NCBI GenBank assembly: GCA_951406725.2
Contig: OX597820.1
Coordinates: 87,606,001 to 87,670,000 of the forward strand
DNA from: Octopus vulgaris
Lineage: Eukaryota
Length of the DNA stretch: 64,000 nt
Direction: 5' to 3'
Part shown: positions 25,295 through 38,654 of the stretch, piece after piece
Position numbering within the stretch: position 1 is the stretch's first letter
Layout of the letters: the number at the start of each line of letters is the position of its first letter
Position numbers and translations under genes: made by a program
Notes under the pieces: model-generated
Database searches by the model: none
The model's input: the letters and a program-made list of their open reading frames with translations, nothing else
What the model was told of the DNA's origin: nothing

Positions 25295-25337
25295 ATGTTT
25301 TGAAGGTTACAATGCAACAGTATTTGCCTATGGCCAG
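25295..25337 (+). CDS. KIF21: KIF21-like small exon (G)CFEGYNATVFAYGQ
   Basis: ttctttgcag acceptor, cag|gtaaag donor, 43 nt. Phase fits the previous exon. Canonical kinesin GYNATVFAYGQ motif, missed by the ORF track. Confidence 0.95.
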
Positions 25338-26214
25338 GTAAAGTCACAACCTCATTCTTTGATGTGATCAATTTTTGTAAATTGTTATATGAACCTGTTT
25401 AATTAATACTGTTTTAAAAACAAGTGTATTTAGATGGGTTTCCTGACTTGTAAGCATTTGTAGCCAATCTTGTCTATCATTAACCTCCTGACCTTTCTGA
25501 TTTAGATTACATGACCTCATTATAGTCTGTAATGCACTGAAATTGATGCTTCATCTTCAGTCTCTTTACAATGCCACTCCATCTATTTTCAGCCCATTCA
25601 CTTGATTGGTATTCTTGTTACCACTTCAAGTGCTCTCTTTATATACTGCCTGTCTGTCTGTCTGTCTCTCTGCATGCATATTTAACATGTTGATACACTA
25701 TTAAACCTTCAACAATAACGGAAAATAAAACTTCAAAATTCTCTGATAAATTATTTATAATTATATTATCTGTCAATAAGTTTGTAGATTCAGCATTTAA
25801 TTTTATTTTTTTACTCTTGAATTCAAAGAACATTGGAACATGTTACGCATGTACTTTAGATTTAAATAGAGATGTTTCATTAAACCAATGCTGATTCAAT
25901 AGATCTGCAAATTCTTGTGAACTCCAACATTTTCTAACCTTTCTTGTTGAATAGCCACCTAAATGGATACTTTTGATCCCTACCAATTTTACCCTTATAG
26001 AATAATATTAGTGACTGTAATTAAAATATGATTACTATTTTTACTTATAATAGTTTGCTTAATAATGATTAAAATAATATAGTAGGCTTTGCTAATGATT
26101 AAAATAATGCTGACATTGTTCATTAATTCTTTACTACTACAATTAATACTATCTCCATCGTTGATGTCCAGCAGCAAGTTATGCAATATTTGATTCCAAT
26201 TTTCATAAATGTTA

Positions 26215-26400
26215 TTAATCTTCAAGCTGTACTATTTCCATACAGCTTTTACACTTGGTCAAAATTTGGGTTACTGCACTAAAATATTTCACCTCTTAAC
26301 AGAAGGCAGAAAAGCAATAGAAAAGTAGTTTGGCTTCATTCCATAATAAAGGAAAGGCCATACTGCATTGTAACCACATTTCACACAAATTTTGATTAAA
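26215..26400 (-). mobile_element. hAT (Buster/Charlie-like) transposase C-terminal relic
   Basis: Minus-strand frames give EMWLQCSMAFPLLWNEAKLLF and YFSAVTQILTK, matching the hAT dimerisation-domain pattern W...P.LW..AK...F.....E..FS. Confidence 0.6.
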
Positions 26401-26454
26401 AAAAAAAAAAATTTAATCTTTATTTATTTGTTGATAGGATATTGTTTACTTTTG

Positions 26455-26800
26455 TGGCTGTGTGGTAAGAAGCTTGCTTCACAACCACACAATTTTTGGG
26501 TTCAGTTACAGTGTGTCACCATGGGCAAGTGTCTTCTACTATAGCCTCAGACCAACCAAAGGCTTGTAAGTGGATTTGGCAGATGAAAACTGAAAGAAGC
26601 TCATCACGTGTGAATGTCTTTGTTTGTCCCCCGCCATCGCCTGGCAACTAATGTTGATGTATTTATGTCACCATAACTTAGCAGTTCAGCAAAAGAGATT
26701 GATAGAATAAGTATCAGACTTAAAAGAAAAATGATTACTGAGATCGATTCATTTGACTAAAATTATCCAAGAATGGCTGAAACAAATGAAAGATGAAATT
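26455..26800 (+). mobile_element. SINE family A copy
   Basis: tggctgtgtggtaag...gggttcag...gggcaagtgtcttctactatagcc...gatagaataagta. Confidence 0.85.
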
Positions 26801-28029
26801 TATTTGTCATTTTGTAACTCAAAGATGACCTTTTGCTGTTGAATTTTTAAAAATCTATTTTGCTCACATTTTTGTTGTTGTTTACCCAGTCAAGAATTCT
26901 CAGTTCAAAATCTCATTAATTCTTGTCTCAGAGATCCTTCAAGTATTATCGATGTACACAGTTGGTCCTCAGATTATTATCTGTAAATTGTGATGGAAAT
27001 TGATAGAGCTAGCTCCCTTTTACCAAAGTCTTCATTAGTTAGTTCCTTTGTTTCTTCCAAACTAGCATAGTTTAAATATGGCGAGTTATTTGAAGCAGGG
27101 TTTTAAAGCCAGATGCTCTTCTTGCTGCTAATGCTTACCTGCTTTTTCAAGTAAAGAGTTGTTTTTTTTCTTTTATCCCAGAAGTCTTTAAAAGCACAGA
27201 GCAGCTGGTCATAATGTCCACACAGAATATCAACATCACTACTTTCTTGCTAAAGTAGTGACAAGTGTAGAATCTCTACATTTACGCATGCACTCGCTCG
27301 CTTGGTTTCCGTCTAACAGATTAACTAAGAAGTTGGTGAAGCTGGTTCAATGGTAAAAAGCACAAATTCCAGAGGTCACTCGATGGGACTGGACATCAAA
27401 TAATATGACTTCAAAGTGAACAATTTTATTTGTTAACTGCATTCTAAGCATATTTTAGATTAAAGCTGTTCCCTTGTAGTTGGAAATTCAGCCTCCATCT
27501 TTTGAAGCTGCAATATTATTTTATATATACTTTTCGAAAAAAATTATTCTTCAGACTTTTCATAGCTTCACTAGTTATTTTCTCAGAAAGGACACAAGTT
27601 ATTAGTGATCTGCAGGTAGACAAATATTTACATATTGCAAGAAATAATTTATTTTGTTGGATTGTTTTACTGGAGCCATAATCACCATTTTCCAGCTTGT
27701 TCATATGGTAAGAAATATCTAAAATTTAAAAGGAAAATTCTGGATAATCAATATTGAAACCAAATATTTTATTTAAAAATTCATGTAAAAATGTAGATTT
27801 GTAAATTTCATACATATGAAATTTAACTTAAATAGCCTGCAGCAATGATATATGAAAGTTTTGATGGAAGAATAAATTTTGTTTTTATGGTTTTTATGAG
27901 ACATTGTTTTGAATGAATGTTAACATAGAAATAATTAAAAATGAAAATGTATTTGAAAACTGTCATAACAAGAAAGAAACTGAAACTATGTAATGGACAG
28001 TACATTTACTTTATTTAATGTATTGTCAG

Positions 28030-28430
28030 CTTGAACCAGCAGATCTAGACCAAAGGGACGGTATTTCCATTCCATGGTGGTTGGCACCTCATTTAGGATG
28101 CCTCATGCTGTGATACCTACTCCAGCAACAACTTGATGTGCTTGGCTTGTTCTGTTACCAGCCCAGGCTCTGCTGCTCACCAGGTGGAGGGGCATACTGT
28201 CTAAGTATCGGTCACACTCTGACAGGTTTATGGTTGAGCCTGTGGCAGTGGAGATCTCTTGTGTTCTCAGCTCCTGGACCATCTCCATGCTTACTGTTAT
28301 CGGGGCTGAGATGGCTCTCCACGAGTGTGAGTCCCGTGAATCAGAGTTGTTATTCCAGTGCATCTCCCTCGCCATCCTCTGGGGCAACATCTTTTCCATT
28401 TTGTCTGCTGGGACCATGAAGCTGTCTGAA
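28030..28430 (+). mobile_element. CRE-like non-LTR retrotransposon 3' end (restriction-like endonuclease relic)
   Basis: Frames give EPADLDQRDG, *DASCCDTYS, KY, EPVAVEISCVL and ESRESELLFQCISLAILWGN, matching the WD.T..DT...KY...P.A.E..G...LFQR.S.A..RGN pattern. Confidence 0.7.
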
Positions 28431-28794
28431 TTACGAGAAATTGTACATACCACTACTCAATATAAAGTTACTCCAGCTAGCACTATCATACAACTTTAAT
28501 CATACTCTTTTCTTTCTTTTTCCATGTATCCCTGTTGTATGTATAAATTATACAGGGAAACATTGTACTTTCTTATTGAACCTGTTGTAATAAACAATTA
28601 CTGTGAAACAAAATCCTATTCAACTCAAAAGGTCAACTTCAGTGTTTGAGTGCACAGGTTTACGCATGACCACTTTTATTACATTTGTGGTGATCAGCTT
28701 TCAACCAAAGGTATATACTGTATGGTGTCTGTGTCAGAAGTGACAGCGATTGCATAATATGATCCAGTTGATTCCCACAGCACCGTAATATCGT

Positions 28795-29100
28795 TTTGAA
28801 GATGTGTGGCTTAGTGGGTCGGTTATTCTGCTCACAGTCATATGGCTGGGAGTTTGATTCTTGATGGTACGTTGTGTCCTGAAGCAAGACACTTCATTTC
28901 ATGTTGCCCCAGCCTGCTCATCTGGACAAGAGTTATATCCATAATTCAAAGGGCCAGCCTTGTTACATTCTGTGTCACACTGAATCTCCCTCAGAACAAC
29001 ATCAAAGGTATGCATGTCTGTTGAGTGGTCAGCCATTTGCACATTAATTCCATGAGCAGGCAGCTCTGTTGACTAGTTCAACTTGAGCCCTTATTGTAAT
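28795..29100 (+). mobile_element. SINE family C copy (diverged)
   Basis: gtggcttagtgg...gcaagacacttcatttcatgttg...tcaaagggccagccttg. Confidence 0.75.
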
Positions 29101-29145
29101 ATCATTTTCCTCACTGTCACTTTTATGTCTCATAATGCCCCCTTT

Positions 29146-29368
29146 CTTGTTTCTTTACTGCCCACAAGGGGCTACACACAGAGGGGACAAACAAGGACAG
29201 ACAACCAGATTAAGTCGATTATATCGACCCCAGTGCGTAACTGGTACTTATTTAATCGACTCTGAAAGGATGAAAGGCAAAGTCGACCTCCGCGGAATTT
29301 GAACTCAGAACGTAGCGGCAGATGAAATACCGCTAAGTATTTCACCCGGCATACTAACGATTTTGCCC
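29146..29368 (-). mobile_element. SINE family B copy
   Basis: Reverse complement of the 23760-23970 sequence. Confidence 0.85.
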
Positions 29369-30819
29369 TCCTCCTTTCTGGAGAGTAGTGTCAACCCATT
29401 TTAGAATCTGATCTAAATCAATATGAATTCTCTATCTTCGTGGGACAGTGGAACAGAGAAATTACTGTTTTTTGGGTTTTTTGTTTTCTAGGAAAATCTA
29501 AACAACTTGATAATTAGTTATTTAACTCTATTTGCTACACTGCTATTTAGTCCCATCCCTATATTGGTATTTTTTCATCCCCCTCCCCAATTTTTCCCTT
29601 ATTGCTTAGTCAGAATAGGAAGTGCAGTACCCATGACCTTTGCAAGGCCTCTAAGACTTAGGAGTTGTGGGGTGAGGAGTAGAAGAGCTGAAGGAGGAAG
29701 GACATCAAGATATTAAGTTATCCTCAGATCAGAGACATCCATGGAGTTCTTTTTTCCTACTGAATGAGCTTTGATAAAGACACCCAAGGACCAAGTGGTG
29801 ATATGAAACTGGATGACAGATAAATTTTAAACTTAACAGTTGACCTGTTAGAAATAACAGCCAAGTATCCATCAATTCACAAACAGCCATCTTAAAACAG
29901 GAAGCCCACACAAAATAATCAGTCCCAGAAATGCTGATTAAATGATAGGATGGTCGCAGCTGATATTCTTTGAGTTGACTTGCTATGTGCTACTCTGAAG
30001 GCTAAAAAAATATCTAGTTTTATTACTATCATTTTTTTGTTTTCAGTTAGTTAAACTAATATTTTTAGGTTCCTTGTAAATTTACACCAAGGCAAGTTCC
30101 ATGGTGAAAGGGCTGTATGATTGTGTTTTGTCTTTAAGTTAGTAGTCTCAGTACATCAACTTATCAGTTATGACTTTGTAGATAAATAACTGAATTGTCT
30201 TTGTACAAAATCATTATAAGTCTACAATTAAAACAAAAGGAAATGTCTCCACATTTTTTTGTACTAATCTTTCAAAAACATTTACAATTTAGTTTCTATT
30301 TAAGCTGTGTATGTTTATTTTGAGTTTTCTTTGCTGGATTTCTTTGTCACTCTTTCCCTTTTCTTCAGTATCAGTCATATATAGTTTGTCTTATGCACTA
30401 TTATTATCGTTGCTTACTTTTTTTTTCTTCTTACATTGTTAGCTTGTATTCTAATCAGTCATCCTGAGATACTAGTCACTAGAACTAACCTATTTCCTCT
30501 TAAACATATAAGTCCTTGTTATAAACAACAATTTTCTGCAGTCTTTCTACATTCTTATTCAGTCAGATTGCTCAGAGTTTTATCCTAAATAAAATAGTAT
30601 ATTTGGCTTTTCTCTTGTAAATAACAAAAAATCTAAATATTCTGTTCTGCAGTTTGTGTATATAGCTAAATATTTTTAATGACAGACGAATGCCTGTTTA
30701 TTACTGGCAAGGAAAAGATAGTCTGGTTAATTTGTATGGAGTACATGCCCTACTTAATTTTTTTCTAATTTTGACAACTATTTCATCTTGAAATATGGTC
30801 TACTTCAGTTTTGTGACCA

Positions 30820-31000
30820 GTTACCATTTAAAAGTGCTATCAGTCTTTGCAACTAGTCACTCTATAAAAATGATAGCAATCTATGTAAGCATATAACTAG
30901 TCATCATATAAAAGTGATATCAGTCTTTGCAACTAGTCTCCATTTAAAAATTGATAGCAATCTGTTAGCTTATAACTAGTCACCATATAAAAGTGATGTC
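30820..31000 (+). repeat. ~79-bp tandem repeat (about 2.3 copies) built from two related subunits
   Basis: aaaagtg.tatcagtctttgcaactagtc ... gatagcaatct...ataactagtca occurs twice. Confidence 0.75.
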
Positions 31001-31002
31001 AT

Positions 31003-31780
31003 AATCATCTTCATCATTGTTTAACGTCTGTTTTCCATGCTGGAATGGGTTGGACGGCTTGACTGGAGACGGGTAAGCCAGGAGACTGCACCAGGCTCCA
31101 ATCTGATCTGGCAATGTTTCTACAGCTGGATGCCCTTCCTAATGCCAACCACTCTGATGATGCTCATTACGTTCCACCGGCACAGGAACCAGTCGGTGGT
31201 GGGGTTTCTGGCATCGACCAAGTTTGGTTGGTGCTTTGTACATGCCACCGGCAAGGAAAGCCAGTCTGGCAGCGACCCACGCATGAATGAATGGTGATTA
31301 TTGCTTGCTACCAGCACTGGTAACAGCCACAATTACAATTTTCATTTGATTTCAATTTGATTTACTTGACTCAATAGGTCTCTTCAAGCATGGAACGTTG
31401 CCTGATAATTCAAAGGTACTTTTAAAATGGGCTGGTTATGTGACACTGGTGTAGGCTACGGCTGTGATCTCACTTTCCTTGCTGGGTCTTTTCGATCACA
31501 GCATATCTCCAGAGGTCTGTTTTCATCATTGCCTCTGTGAGGCCCGATGTTCGAAGGTCATGCTTCACCACCTCATCCCATGTCTTCCTGGGTCTCCTCT
31601 TCCACAGGTTATTTCCACTGTTAGGGAGTGACACTTCTGCACACAGCTTTCCTCATCCATATGTAGCACATGACCATACCAGCGCAGTTGTCTCTTGCAC
31701 ACCACATCTGATGCTTCTTATGTCCATTTCTTTCAGGACGCTCACACTCTGTCGTGTGTGCACACTGACATTATATGTCT
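31003..31780 (-). mobile_element. RTE LINE 3' portion
   Basis: Minus strand RRPRKTWDEVVKHDLRTSGLTEAM...DLWRYAV plus the RTE 3'UTR. Same family as 710-1612. Confidence 0.85.
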
Positions 31781-33599
31781 AGATTATTATTCAGCATCTT
31801 TGTTTTCTAGATGTTTGCATAAAAACACTTGCTCTATTCTTCAGAACTTCACAGATGGTATTAACAATTCTTAAGGTCTATAAATTTACTCTGTTCTTGT
31901 TTTCTCAACTCATACCACTTAACCTTGGGGTTTAGGTCAAGTAGTTATTTTGCACCAGTTGTTTGGTTTTGTGGGAAAAGAGAACTAGTTAATTTTGATA
32001 GAAAACCATATTATATATCATTTTTAGTAAAAGGAAATACTCTTAAAATAGTATGTAAAGTTCTTGTATACCAACATATTTTTAGAATTGAATTCTTAGA
32101 GAAATGCTAGAAATACAACTGAGATATGTCAGAAGCTATAGGTTTATAAATATTATGAATATACTCTAAAGAAGAGATTATTGGATTGGAAAATTTATAA
32201 TCTAAACAACTATTTTTAGACATACATTTAAGACTGCATAATTTTGTAATATATAAATACACTTCAGTATAGCATTTTCTCCCCAAACTGTGTTTAGATG
32301 CAAAGCATAACTGCGTAGTTAAGTAGCTTGATTTCTAGCCACAAGCTTTTGGGTTCAGTCTTATGCATGGCCCCGGGCAGACCAAATAGTTGTGAATAGA
32401 TTTGGTTGATGGAAACTGCAAGAAACCTAGCACATGTGTGTTTTAGCATTTTGTTATATTGGCATCATGGGACAGTTGCAAACAAGCATGCCATGATACA
32501 AGTGGTGTCCTTTAAATCTAGTCTTCTGTGAAAACATGTCTGGCCATGGGGAAATATTACCTTACTTGGAAACAGTGAGGGTTGGGAACAGGAAGGGTGC
32601 CTGGTTGTAGAAAATCTACCGGAATAAATTCCATCTCAACAATATGCTGATAATTGTCCTCAAATAACCATTGTATCTTGTGTGTGTGTATTTTGAACAT
32701 TGATTTTATACTAAAAAGAAAAGCATGCCCTCTGGTGGTAGGGTTTGAATCCTCTATCTATTGCTTGCTGGAAGACTGTGTTACAGATTATATTACTGTG
32801 GTACCATTCCATCATTGGGACATAACCCAGTGGATGGATGTTTTATATAGGCACAAGCATGGCTGTGTGGTTAGGAAGCTTGCTTTGCAACCCCATTGTT
32901 TTGGGTTCAGTTCCATTGCGTAGCACGTTGGGCAAGTGTCTTCTACTATAGCTCCGAGCTGACTAAAACCTGAGTTGATTTTATAGACAGAAACTGAAAG
33001 AAGCCAGTCACACACTCGCATGCGTGTTCTCTTTCTTTGACATTGCACATTAATTGTAAACAAACATCACCTTCACACAAGTGATGTCATCCATTTGCAA
33101 TGATTATTTTCTTTGAAACCAATTTTGGCTCTTGTCTATTCATATTCATCCTTTATAATAATGACACATAACAAATTATAAAGCCACACATTTATATAGG
33201 GTATTACGACTGAGGGTTAAGTCAATTACCGGCTTCCTGTTTCCCAATACACAACTGATATTTGATACCAGAACAATGGAAGTCAGTTAGACCTGACAAG
33301 TTTATCTCATTATGTCAAAATGTATAAAAATATATTTTTTTATCATTAGTACAAAACTGCGGATTTTGAGGAGAATGACATAAAATACTAGTATTTTATC
33401 AATTCCCTTAGTATGAAAAGCAGAGATAACACCCAGCAGGAGCTGAGCTCTAAACTAAAGGAAGGCAACTAAGTACAACAAGTATTTTGTTTGCCTGTCA
33501 TCTTAATTCATTCATTAGGATCCTATATGGAAGCAAATAGTCATATTTACTTTGTCACTGCAGTGTAGGATTTTCTTTTTCTTGCTCTGGAAGGAGGAG

Positions 33600-34100
33600 G
33601 ACTGTAGGCCATTTGAAATTGGTGAGGTTGATGCCATTAAAGTTTCTGTTGAGCCATTGCTAATCAACACCTACAGAAAAGACATGAGCAAGAAAAGAGT
33701 TCAAGAAGACTGAAGGCAGAAATGTGTGTAGTGATTAGTGTGGAACCTGAGGGAATTGGACACAACAAAAGTAGATAGAAGGAAGATAAGCAGGTTGTGC
33801 ATACTTGAGTGGCGTGAGCCTAATCAGCTATGAGGAGCAGATACCATTATAGTAGTGGTAGAAAACACAGTGAGTTGAGATCGTGTATCTGTCGGTCCTA
33901 TGCTGGAGCATGTTGTGAAGTACTGTATAATCAGTCAGGTTTAGAATGTACGTGTTTGCAGCAGTACCATCTCAAATGTGAGAGCAAAACTACAACTTGG
34001 ACTACATTTCTACTTAATAATGTATTTCATGTGGTTATAGAATGTAGTTTTGTTTAGGTGTGACTTGTGTAGTTGTAGACTATAATTCTATTTAAATGTA
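33600..34100 (-). mobile_element. Decayed Jockey/CR1-group LINE ORF2 C-terminal region
   Basis: Minus strand near 33815-33870 gives VFYHYYNGICSS*LIRLTP, resembling LFYRYYxGxCSxEL. Confidence 0.55.
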
Positions 34101-35879
34101 CAAGCACCTTCAGTCTCTGAGGATGTCTAATAGGTATAGGCTACCTATTAAAGTAACTGTCGTGTCTTCACTTTTAAATATCTCAATCAGAGGAGGGAGG
34201 ACAGCACCCATGATATTTTTGGAGCCTTCAACAAGGTTAATGGGTGGAAGGGAGAAAGTTATCTTGAGTATGGAGACTTGGGATGAATCCTTGCAAGAGA
34301 GTGCTTTCTGCTAAATACCCCGAAGGCTAGTGTTGATAAGATTACAAATGGTACCTCTGAACTTCCACACAGTTTCTGTCTTGCAAATCTCTCATAATTC
34401 TTAGGCTGTTCCAAGTCTGTAATGAAGACATTTACCTGATGTGCCACTCTGTGGAGTCAACCTGAAACCATGTAGCCATGATGTGAGCTTGTTAACTATA
34501 TAACTATGATTGCTTTAATGTCTGTGGGCTTTGTGTGATGTCGGGATTCATTGCATACATGCATGCGTATGGTGTGCAAGCAATTGTATGCATGTGGTTT
34601 GTCTGCAAGCACATGCTCTTTGTGTGCAAGTATGTCTGTAAGTGCTCTTTTGCATGCAAGCACGTGTGAGTGAGTGTACTGTGCTTGTCATTGCGCATAT
34701 CTCCTATATGATTGAAGAGTTCTCTCATTTTAATCAAAATTGAATCAGTTTTAAGAGCAGAGGAATTAATTGAAAGTTTCACTATTAATCCTCTTAAATG
34801 TAATTAGTTAAATGAATATTTAAGAGTCGTTATGACTAGTTTAATAAGTGACATATATCTATCAGTTTATGAAGTAACCAGCTTAGGTTAAGTTTGAATT
34901 TCTAACCTTTTAAAATACTGAACATAATGGCATTAATTTGTCATGTCATTGCATAGATTTATATCTATCCTAATTACAGTTGATTAATTTCTCACTTTGT
35001 TTTAATAAAGTATATGGAAGCTGGCATTGCTGTGTGCTGAAAAAATTCACTTTGTAATTATGTGGAACTGGGTTTGACGCCACTTTGTGGCACCTTGAAA
35101 AAGTGTTTTTTTATCATAGCCTCAATTTAGCCAAAGTATTGTGATTTTAAATGTATGATTGATAGAAACTGTATGAAAGGTGGATATCTGTGTGATTAGT
35201 GCAGGGTGATGGTGGTGGCAGAATCAATGTGAATAAAAATCCAGTGGTATTTTGTCAGGTTGTATCCATATATGTCTGGTTGACTTTGCTTTCAGCCATG
35301 TTTCTCCTCTAATGTAAGATGCCCTTTTTTTCCTTCTCTCTCAATATTTCTTCCCCAACCAGTTGAGAGGTTCTTGTTCTGTAAGTTATTTGGTGACCTC
35401 ATTACTGCTGCTGGTGCTTTATAAAAAGTGGTTGGCATTAGGAATGGCACCCATTTGTAGAAACCATGCCAAAGCAGACAATAGAGCTTGGTGCAGTCTT
35501 CTGATTTGCCAGCTCCTTTCAAACTGTCCAACCCATGCAAATGGAAAATAGATGTTAAATGATGATGGCTGGTGTTGATAATCAACTGAAACTTTGGAGT
35601 GCCCCAGTATGGCCACAGTCCAAGTTATCATGCACACATGCACAATAATTTACGAGTAGTAGTGTGAGGGAGTTAGAAAGTATTATGTAATCAAATAACT
35701 ATATATAAATTTTATATTGTGTTAACATGCCATAAATTTCATGCTATAAAGATTGTTGTTTTTTTGTTGATTTTTTTTGCTAACCTTTTGTTGATAAAGT
35801 AGCTGATGAATATTTCTTTGGAACTAAACTTGAAGTAATGGGACAGCAGTTATCTATGACAATAATAATAATAATAATA

Positions 35880-36327
35880 ATGGTTTCTAATTTTGGCACA
35901 AGGCCAGAAATTTCAAGGGGGTGCGTAAATCAATTACATCAACTCCAATGTTCAACTGGTGCTTATTTTATTGACCCCAAAAGGATAAAAAGCAAAGACG
36001 ACCTTGTTGGAATTGGAATTTGAACTTGAAACGTAAATATAGGTAAAATGTCACTAAGCATTTCATTTGGCATGCTAACAATTTTGCCAGCTTGCCACCT
36101 TAAATTATAGTAATAATAATCCTTTCTACTTAAGGCACACGGCCTGAAATTTTGGGGGAAGGGGATTAATCAATTACATCAATCTCAGTGTTTCTTAATT
36201 TATTGACCCCAAAAGGATAAAATGCAAAGGTGACCATGCCAGAATTTGAACTCAGAATGTAAGGATAGATGAAATGCCACTAAGCATTTTGCCAGGCATG
36301 CTTATGATTCTGCCAGCTGACTGCCTT
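35880..36327 (-). mobile_element. Two tandem SINE family B copies
   Basis: ggcacaaggcc.gaaattt...attgaccccaaaaggataaa...gaatttgaact occurs twice. Confidence 0.8.
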
Positions 36328-37195
36328 AATAACAGTAATAATAATAATAATAATAATATGTATTTCCCTGTACGTATGCATTCATGTTTATGTATATAGG
36401 TGCAGGCATGGCTAAAGGTCCAAGCATATTTGTATTAAGAAGTGTGCTCTGCAAACATCTACTTTTGGATTCAGTCTCATGGCATGACACATTGAGCCAG
36501 GGTCTTCTTCTAAAATCCCTGATTGGCAAAAGCCTTGTAAGTAAAATTGGTTGACGGATTGAAAGAAGCCCTTTGTGTGTGGGTATGTGCATCTCCGCAT
36601 GTATTTGTGTTTTTCCAAAACTTGCTGAGTTATAAGTGGGGGCATTATTGCCATTTCCTTTGTCAACAAAGCGCTTACTGGCTTTGCACCTTCAAAGATG
36701 TGCAGAATAAAAGAATTCTTTACCTGAAAAACAGATATGGGTTAGGACAGAAATGGCAGCTGGTTGAAAAATAATATCTCTCATATTCATCTAATCCTTG
36801 CTAGAATGGGAAAAAGAAACCTATAAACAAATGAGTTATAGGGACCAATTAGCAATCATTACAGCATTGGGTAGAATGTTTTGTATTTGTTCTGGTTCTC
36901 TAAGCTCAGAGCCCAAATGCTGCTGTGTTCAATTTTGACATTTGTCCTTTTGGATTCAATAAAATACCACTTAAATATTAAAATTGATTCCTCTTTGTCA
37001 CCCTGTCTGTCTGTCTCAGACATACACTTTCTCTCTGAACAAAGAAATAGCTGTTTCCAAACCTAGAGAGGAATGGGTTCTACCAAGTCCTAAATTCCTG
37101 GGATATTACTGTATATCACAATGGTGCCCCTGTGATCCCATCAAGAATTGAGATTCCTCCCACACCATAACCACATGTGTGTATGGTGGGGAGTA

Positions 37196-38487
37196 CGAGG
37201 GGCGTTCAATAAGTAATGCCCCTGACCCACTTCCCATAGCAGTAGAGCAACGGAACTTGGCACAGTTATTGGTCTTTTTCTACATAGGAACCACCCAATG
37301 TTACGCATTTCTCCCATCGTTTGATCCAGCTCTGGAGACCGTTTTTGTAAAAGACCCCAGCTTGGTCCTCCATCCACGACGTGACTTTAGAAATCAAGGC
37401 TGCATCATCTGGGAAATGCTTTCCTTTCAAAAACAACTTCATGACTGGGAAGAAGTGAAAATCAGAGGGTGCAAGGTCAGGAGAGTAGGGGGGTGGGGGA
37501 GGAGTTCATAGCCGCACGCCTGTGCTTCTGATCTGGCGACACGCGAGTTGTGGACCGGAGCGTTGTCCTGCAGGAGGAGGATGCCATCGCTGATCTTACC
37601 CCGCCTCTTGATTTTGATAGCTTCTCTTAATTTCCTCAAAAGTGAAGCATAATAGGCTCCTGTAATTGTGGTACCCTTTGCCAGGAAATCTGTCATCACT
37701 ACTCCGTCCTGGTCCCAGAAGACTGTGAGCATGACCTTGCCAGCAGAGGGCTGCACCCTTGCCTTCTTTGGAGGAGGTGAGTCACGGTGCTTCCACTGCA
37801 TTGACTGGGCTTTGGTCTCTGGATCATAGTGATGGACCCAGGTTTCATCCTGTGTAATCAGTCTTTTGAAAAAGTTTGACTCATTTTCTTGGTATGTCTC
37901 CAAATTTATCCTCGAGAACTCGACGCGTTCTTGCTTCTGGAAAGGTGTGAGCAACCTGGGAATCCATCTGGCAGACACCTTTTGCATATGCAAATGGTCA
38001 TGAATGATAGTTTCCACTGACCCGGTACTAATCTTGACCTCATGGGTTATTTGGCGAATAGTTATGCGTCGATCTTCCAAAATGGCAGCCTCAACTTGAC
38101 GGACAGATGCCTCATCAATGGCAGAAGGGGGTCGACCAGATCTGGGAGCTGTTTCCACAGAGTTATGACCATGTTTGAATTCACGATGCCAGCGTTTTAC
38201 AAGGTCATATGATGGGGCATCATCACCATAAGTTACTTTCATTTCATCAAAAGTCTCCCATGGTGTGCGTCCTTTCAAATACAAAAACCGGATCACTGCT
38301 TGACACTCAACAGGCTCCATTTCACACTTGACTCAGTTCAAACACCTGTAAATCAGAAACCATAATTAGTTCAGAGCTGTAATTTGCCACCTAATCTATA
38401 GAGATATAAGTAATTGCACATGCAAAATTTCAACTAGATCAAACACCTGGAAGTGGGTCAGAGGCATTACTTATTGAACGTCCCTCG
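37196..38487 (-). mobile_element. Full-length mariner transposon (DD34D, irritans/Hsmar2-like), about 1292 bp
   Basis: 39-bp ITRs (cgagggRcgttcaataagtaatgccYctgacccacttcc, 2 mismatches) with TA on both flanks (37194-95, 38488-89). Internal transposase on the minus strand. Confidence 0.96.
37266..38320 (-). pseudogene. Mariner transposase with one frameshift at about 37490 (351 aa if one C is restored)
   Basis: WIPRLL, QDETWVH and LQDNAPVH motifs. Adding one base in the G6 run (37488-37493) gives HPPYSPDLAPSDF...KRWEKCVTLGGSYVEKDQ*, with D34D spacing. Confidence 0.92.
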
Positions 38488-38654
38488 TATATATGTATGT
38501 ATATATATTTATGTGTGTGTGTGTATATATATGTGTGTGTGTGTCTGTAATGAAATTAAACAATTCAATGTGCTGATGTCTTAATTTTAGAGCTGTTCTT
38601 TTAAAGTTTGTGGTTTTCCAAAAAATATTTATAAACAAAAACAATTTTTTTCAG

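Noticed and set aside
28103-28453. 116-aa minus-strand ORF
   Set aside because: Antisense shadow of the CRE-like relic on the + strand.
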